Shown here piece by piece: positions 61,624 through 64,000 of a DNA stretch of 64,000 nucleotides (its first letter is position 1; every line of letters starts with the position of its first letter). The position numbers were made by a program, and so were the translations under genes. The stretch spans positions 8,245 to 72,244 of the forward strand of contig JAJRXZ010000020.1 in NCBI GenBank assembly GCA_024276015.1, in the 5' to 3' direction. The notes below the pieces were generated by a model, which was not told the DNA's origin, did no database searches, and worked only from the letters and a program-made list of their open reading frames with translations. This DNA comes from Spirochaetota bacterium (GTDB lineage: Bacteria > Spirochaetota > UBA4802 > UBA5550).

Positions 61624-62463
61624 CTAATGGGGCCATATCCCGTCAAAAATCTCAGATGCCGGCCCGGTAAGATATATATGGTTATTTTTTTCTTTCCATT
61701 CAATATTAAGATCGCCTCCCCTGAGATGAAGCAGAAGCTTTCTTGATGTTTTTTTGTTTAACACAGACGCAACCGTCACGGCAGATGCGCCTGTCCCGCA
61801 CGACAGAGTTTCGCCTGTTCCTCTTTCCCAGGTCCTCTGAATTACTTCGCTTTCGTTTAAAACCTGCACAAATTCAACGTTTGTCCTCTGAGGAAAGAGA
61901 TCGTGGTTTTCAATGAGAGGGCCGTATTTCCGAACCGGAAAGTTTTCAATATCTTCCACAAAGATTATAACATGGGGATTGCCCATTGAAACCGATGTTA
62001 TTTGAAATTTTGTTCCGTCATCCAGCGGAAGAGTTTCGTCAATTACCATTCCTGTATCGCCGATCATTGGTATTCTCTCCCGTAAAAGAACAGGTTCGCC
62101 CATATCAACAACAACCGATGTTACTTTTCCGTTTCTAACGGATAAATCCGAATGCATGATCCCTGCCAGGGTTTCAATATCGATTTTTTTCTTGTCTGTC
62201 AGCCCTCGATCAAATACATATTTTGCAAAGCACCTTATTCCGTTACCGCACATCTCCGCTTCGCTTCCGTCGGGATTAAATATCCTCATTTTAAAATCTG
62301 CGGATTTTGATCTTTCAATTAAAATAAGCCCGTCTGATCCTACTCCGTAATTCCTGTCACACATTTTTACTGCCAGTTTTTCAGGTGAGGTTATTTTTCT
62401 TTTAATTGAGTTAATATAAATGTAATCATTGCCGGTTCCGTGCATTTTCGTGAACTTAATCAT
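61624..62463 (-). CDS. dapF: Diaminopimelate epimerase
   Basis: 279 aa. FTKMHGTGNDYIYIN, the catalytic-Cys context EMCGNGIRCF, and a second Cys in LSCGTGASA. Confidence 0.9.
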   Translation of the reverse strand: MIKFTKMHGTGNDYIYINSIKRKITSPEKLAVKMCDRNYGVGSDGLILIERSKSADFKMRIFNPDGSEAEMCGNGIRCFAKYVFDRGLTDKKKIDIETLAGIMHSDLSVRNGKVTSVVVDMGEPVLLRERIPMIGDTGMVIDETLPLDDGTKFQITSVSMGNPHVIIFVEDIENFPVRKYGPLIENHDLFPQRTNVEFVQVLNESEVIQRTWERGTGETLSCGTGASAVTVASVLNKKTSRKLLLHLRGGDLNIEWKEKNNHIYLTGPASEIFDGIWPH

Positions 62464-62568
62464 TAGTGATCCTCGTGTTATAAGAATAATGTTTATCGTT
62501 ATTGATGGTCATGGAATTGTAAAGTATTTTCTTTTATATTATATTAAATCACCCTTTGCCGGTTTCAA

Positions 62569-62712
62569 TTACCGACAAAAGAGGTTTGGTTCCGGTGTTA
62601 CATGGCAGACGGTACATTTTTTGCCGAGTATTTTTTCTGCTTCAATCGAATAAACTGAAATTCCCGTTATAAGAATTATAGGAAATATGAATATAGCGGT
62701 TTTGGTTATCAT
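62569..62712 (-). CDS. Candidate small ORF: TM helix plus CxxCH (47 aa)
   Basis: Hand translation gives MITKTAIFIFPIILITGISVYSIEAEKILGKKCTVCHVTPEPNLFCR*. It sits in a 360-bp gap that is otherwise empty. Only a weak GGA Shine-Dalgarno is present, at a long spacing. Confidence 0.2.
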   Translation of the reverse strand: MITKTAIFIFPIILITGISVYSIEAEKILGKKCTVCHVTPEPNLFCR

Positions 62713-62825
62713 TAATAATTTGATCCTTTTGATCTCTTATTTAACTATGTATTAATGTACAATAGCGATAGAGCATTGTCAAATAATAGAGTTATTTTTT
62801 CTGCCGGCAAGAATTTCGATTTTTC

Positions 62826-64000
62826 TCATGCCGAAGTTTCAATACTCAAAGGGAGAGTTAAAATCATCTCAATCCCATTGTCTTTCAAATCTGCCTGAAT
62901 GCTCCCTTTATGCTGAGCCGCTATTTTTCTGACTATTGCCAGGCCGAGGCCGGATCCCGGAAATTCCTGATCAACGGTTCTTATAAAGGGTTCAAATATT
63001 TTCCCAAGTTTATCTTTCAAAATATCCTCACATCTGTTGAATACCCGAATAATTATCCGGTTTGCGTCTTTTTCAATGTTTATATTAATTGGGGATTTAT
63101 CCGGTGAGAATTTAATGGCATTATCAATCAGATTAGTTAAGAGGATTTTAATATCCTCATCAATCGCTTGAATATAGAGAGCCTTTTCCGAAGAATTAAT
63201 ATTTACTCTTAATGATTTTTTGTCCAGGAGGTGATGAAATCTTTGAATTATATCTTTAATTAGTTGTACCGGGTCTAACAGAGATTTGCCCCCGGCTTTC
63301 TTTTTTATATCCAGCTTTGACAGTGTCAGTATCTGCTCAATGAGCCCGTTCATATCTTCTATCTCCGATTCAATCAGTTTAATTTTATTACGGCATTCCG
63401 GATATTTGTGATCGGAGATGTCATTGGATAGTATTTCAAGGGCAACTCTGATCCTTGCCAGGGGGGAACGGAGTTCATGTGAGATATTTGCCGTCAGCTC
63501 CTTTGTGCCTGTAACCATGCGGCTGATCTTTTCTGTCATTATATTGAATGATTCCGCCAGTCTGGTAATTTCATCGTTTCCTTTAATTTTTACATGTCGG
63601 TGGAAATCTCCCATGGATAAACTGATAGCAGATCTTGTAAGCTCTTTCAGAGGCCCCGTGATGTACCTTGCCAGGGGATAGAGGAGGATAGCGATAACAA
63701 TACCGATAGCGGCAAGTCCCAATAGAAATAACTTTTCATCAAAAGATTTTCTCTCCCGCGTGTGGAAAAAATGTACATAACCTTTTTGGCGGTTCGGAAG
63801 ATTGATTTGAAGCCTTGCATATATGAGACGATCTTTGCCTATTCTGTGCAGAAACCGAATATTGCCTTTGGTAATGATCTCCTTTTCCGGAAGAGAAGGT
63901 ATTCCTCCTGTGAATGATTTAAGTATGATATTGTTCTTACTGTTTTCAACCCATATTTTTGCCTGGAATATTTCTGCAAGATTATTTAATAACCTTCCGG
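62826..64000 (-). CDS. Sensor histidine kinase (HAMP, HisKA, HATPase_c). The N-terminus runs past the right edge of the window.
   Basis: H-box ISHELRSPLARI. HATPase motifs LIDNAIKFS and GSGLGLAIVRKI. I checked by hand that the minus-strand frame stays open from 63722 to 64000. The track's TTG start at 63722 is therefore internal. Confidence 0.8.
   Translation of the reverse strand, partial: GRLLNNLAEIFQAKIWVENSKNNIILKSFTGGIPSLPEKEIITKGNIRFLHRIGKDRLIYARLQINLPNRQKGYVHFFHTRERKSFDEKLFLLGLAAIGIVIAILLYPLARYITGPLKELTRSAISLSMGDFHRHVKIKGNDEITRLAESFNIMTEKISRMVTGTKELTANISHELRSPLARIRVALEILSNDISDHKYPECRNKIKLIESEIEDMNGLIEQILTLSKLDIKKKAGGKSLLDPVQLIKDIIQRFHHLLDKKSLRVNINSSEKALYIQAIDEDIKILLTNLIDNAIKFSPDKSPININIEKDANRIIIRVFNRCEDILKDKLGKIFEPFIRTVDQEFPGSGLGLAIVRKIAAQHKGSIQADLKDNGIEMILTLPLSIETSA

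Noticed and set aside
62429-62653. 74-aa plus-strand ORF in the dapF/HK gap
   Set aside because: It overlaps the dapF start on the opposite strand, has no Shine-Dalgarno, and has a hydrophobic, junk-like composition. The minus-strand CxxCH mini-ORF is a marginally better candidate and is itself weak.
63722-63722. TTG start for the histidine kinase, as given in the ORF track
   Set aside because: Hand translation shows the frame stays open upstream all the way to position 64000, with a TM-like segment. The real start is beyond the window.

Overview
64 kb chromosomal window from an AT-rich bacterium whose proteins are rich in K and E. Gene density is high and both strands are used. Two features point to a spirochete-like lineage: a tandem pair of FlaA-like secreted proteins, and a 900-aa GreA with a roughly 750-aa N-terminal extension of the kind I recall for Treponema and Borrelia GreA. 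This lineage call is an inference from family knowledge only.

Secure housekeeping calls:
- A complete F-type ATP synthase operon on the minus strand, in the order atpZ-like, B, E, F, H, A, G, D, C, ending in a clear intrinsic terminator.
- recA, map, lepB, dapF and psd.
- An M23 peptidase, an AmiC-type amidase, a LolD/LolE-like ABC pair, and a tRNA-Leu(CAG).
- An N-terminal fragment of a tungsten-type aldehyde:ferredoxin oxidoreductase at the left edge, and a partial sensor histidine kinase at the right edge.

Candidates worth follow-up:
- A translationally coupled operon: a 692-aa poly-acidic protein followed by a GAF protein whose degenerate GGDEF domain keeps an RxxD I-site (a possible c-di-GMP receptor).
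- A second giant protein (1129 aa) built as acidic region, TM segment and TPR repeats.
- A three-gene operon of an N-terminally extended YidD and two paralogous TPR / PGxGHxY membrane proteins.
- A standalone PilZ sitting next to a block of five unannotatable genes and a REC-PAS-ATPase sensor that lacks a recognisable H-box.
- An orphan HicB-like antitoxin.
- A perfect 36-bp palindrome carrying two GATC sites.
- An F0 c subunit with a C-terminal tail.
- A possible small membrane-anchored CxxCH ORF in an otherwise empty 360-bp gap.

No CRISPR array, rRNA, transposase or integrase is visible.
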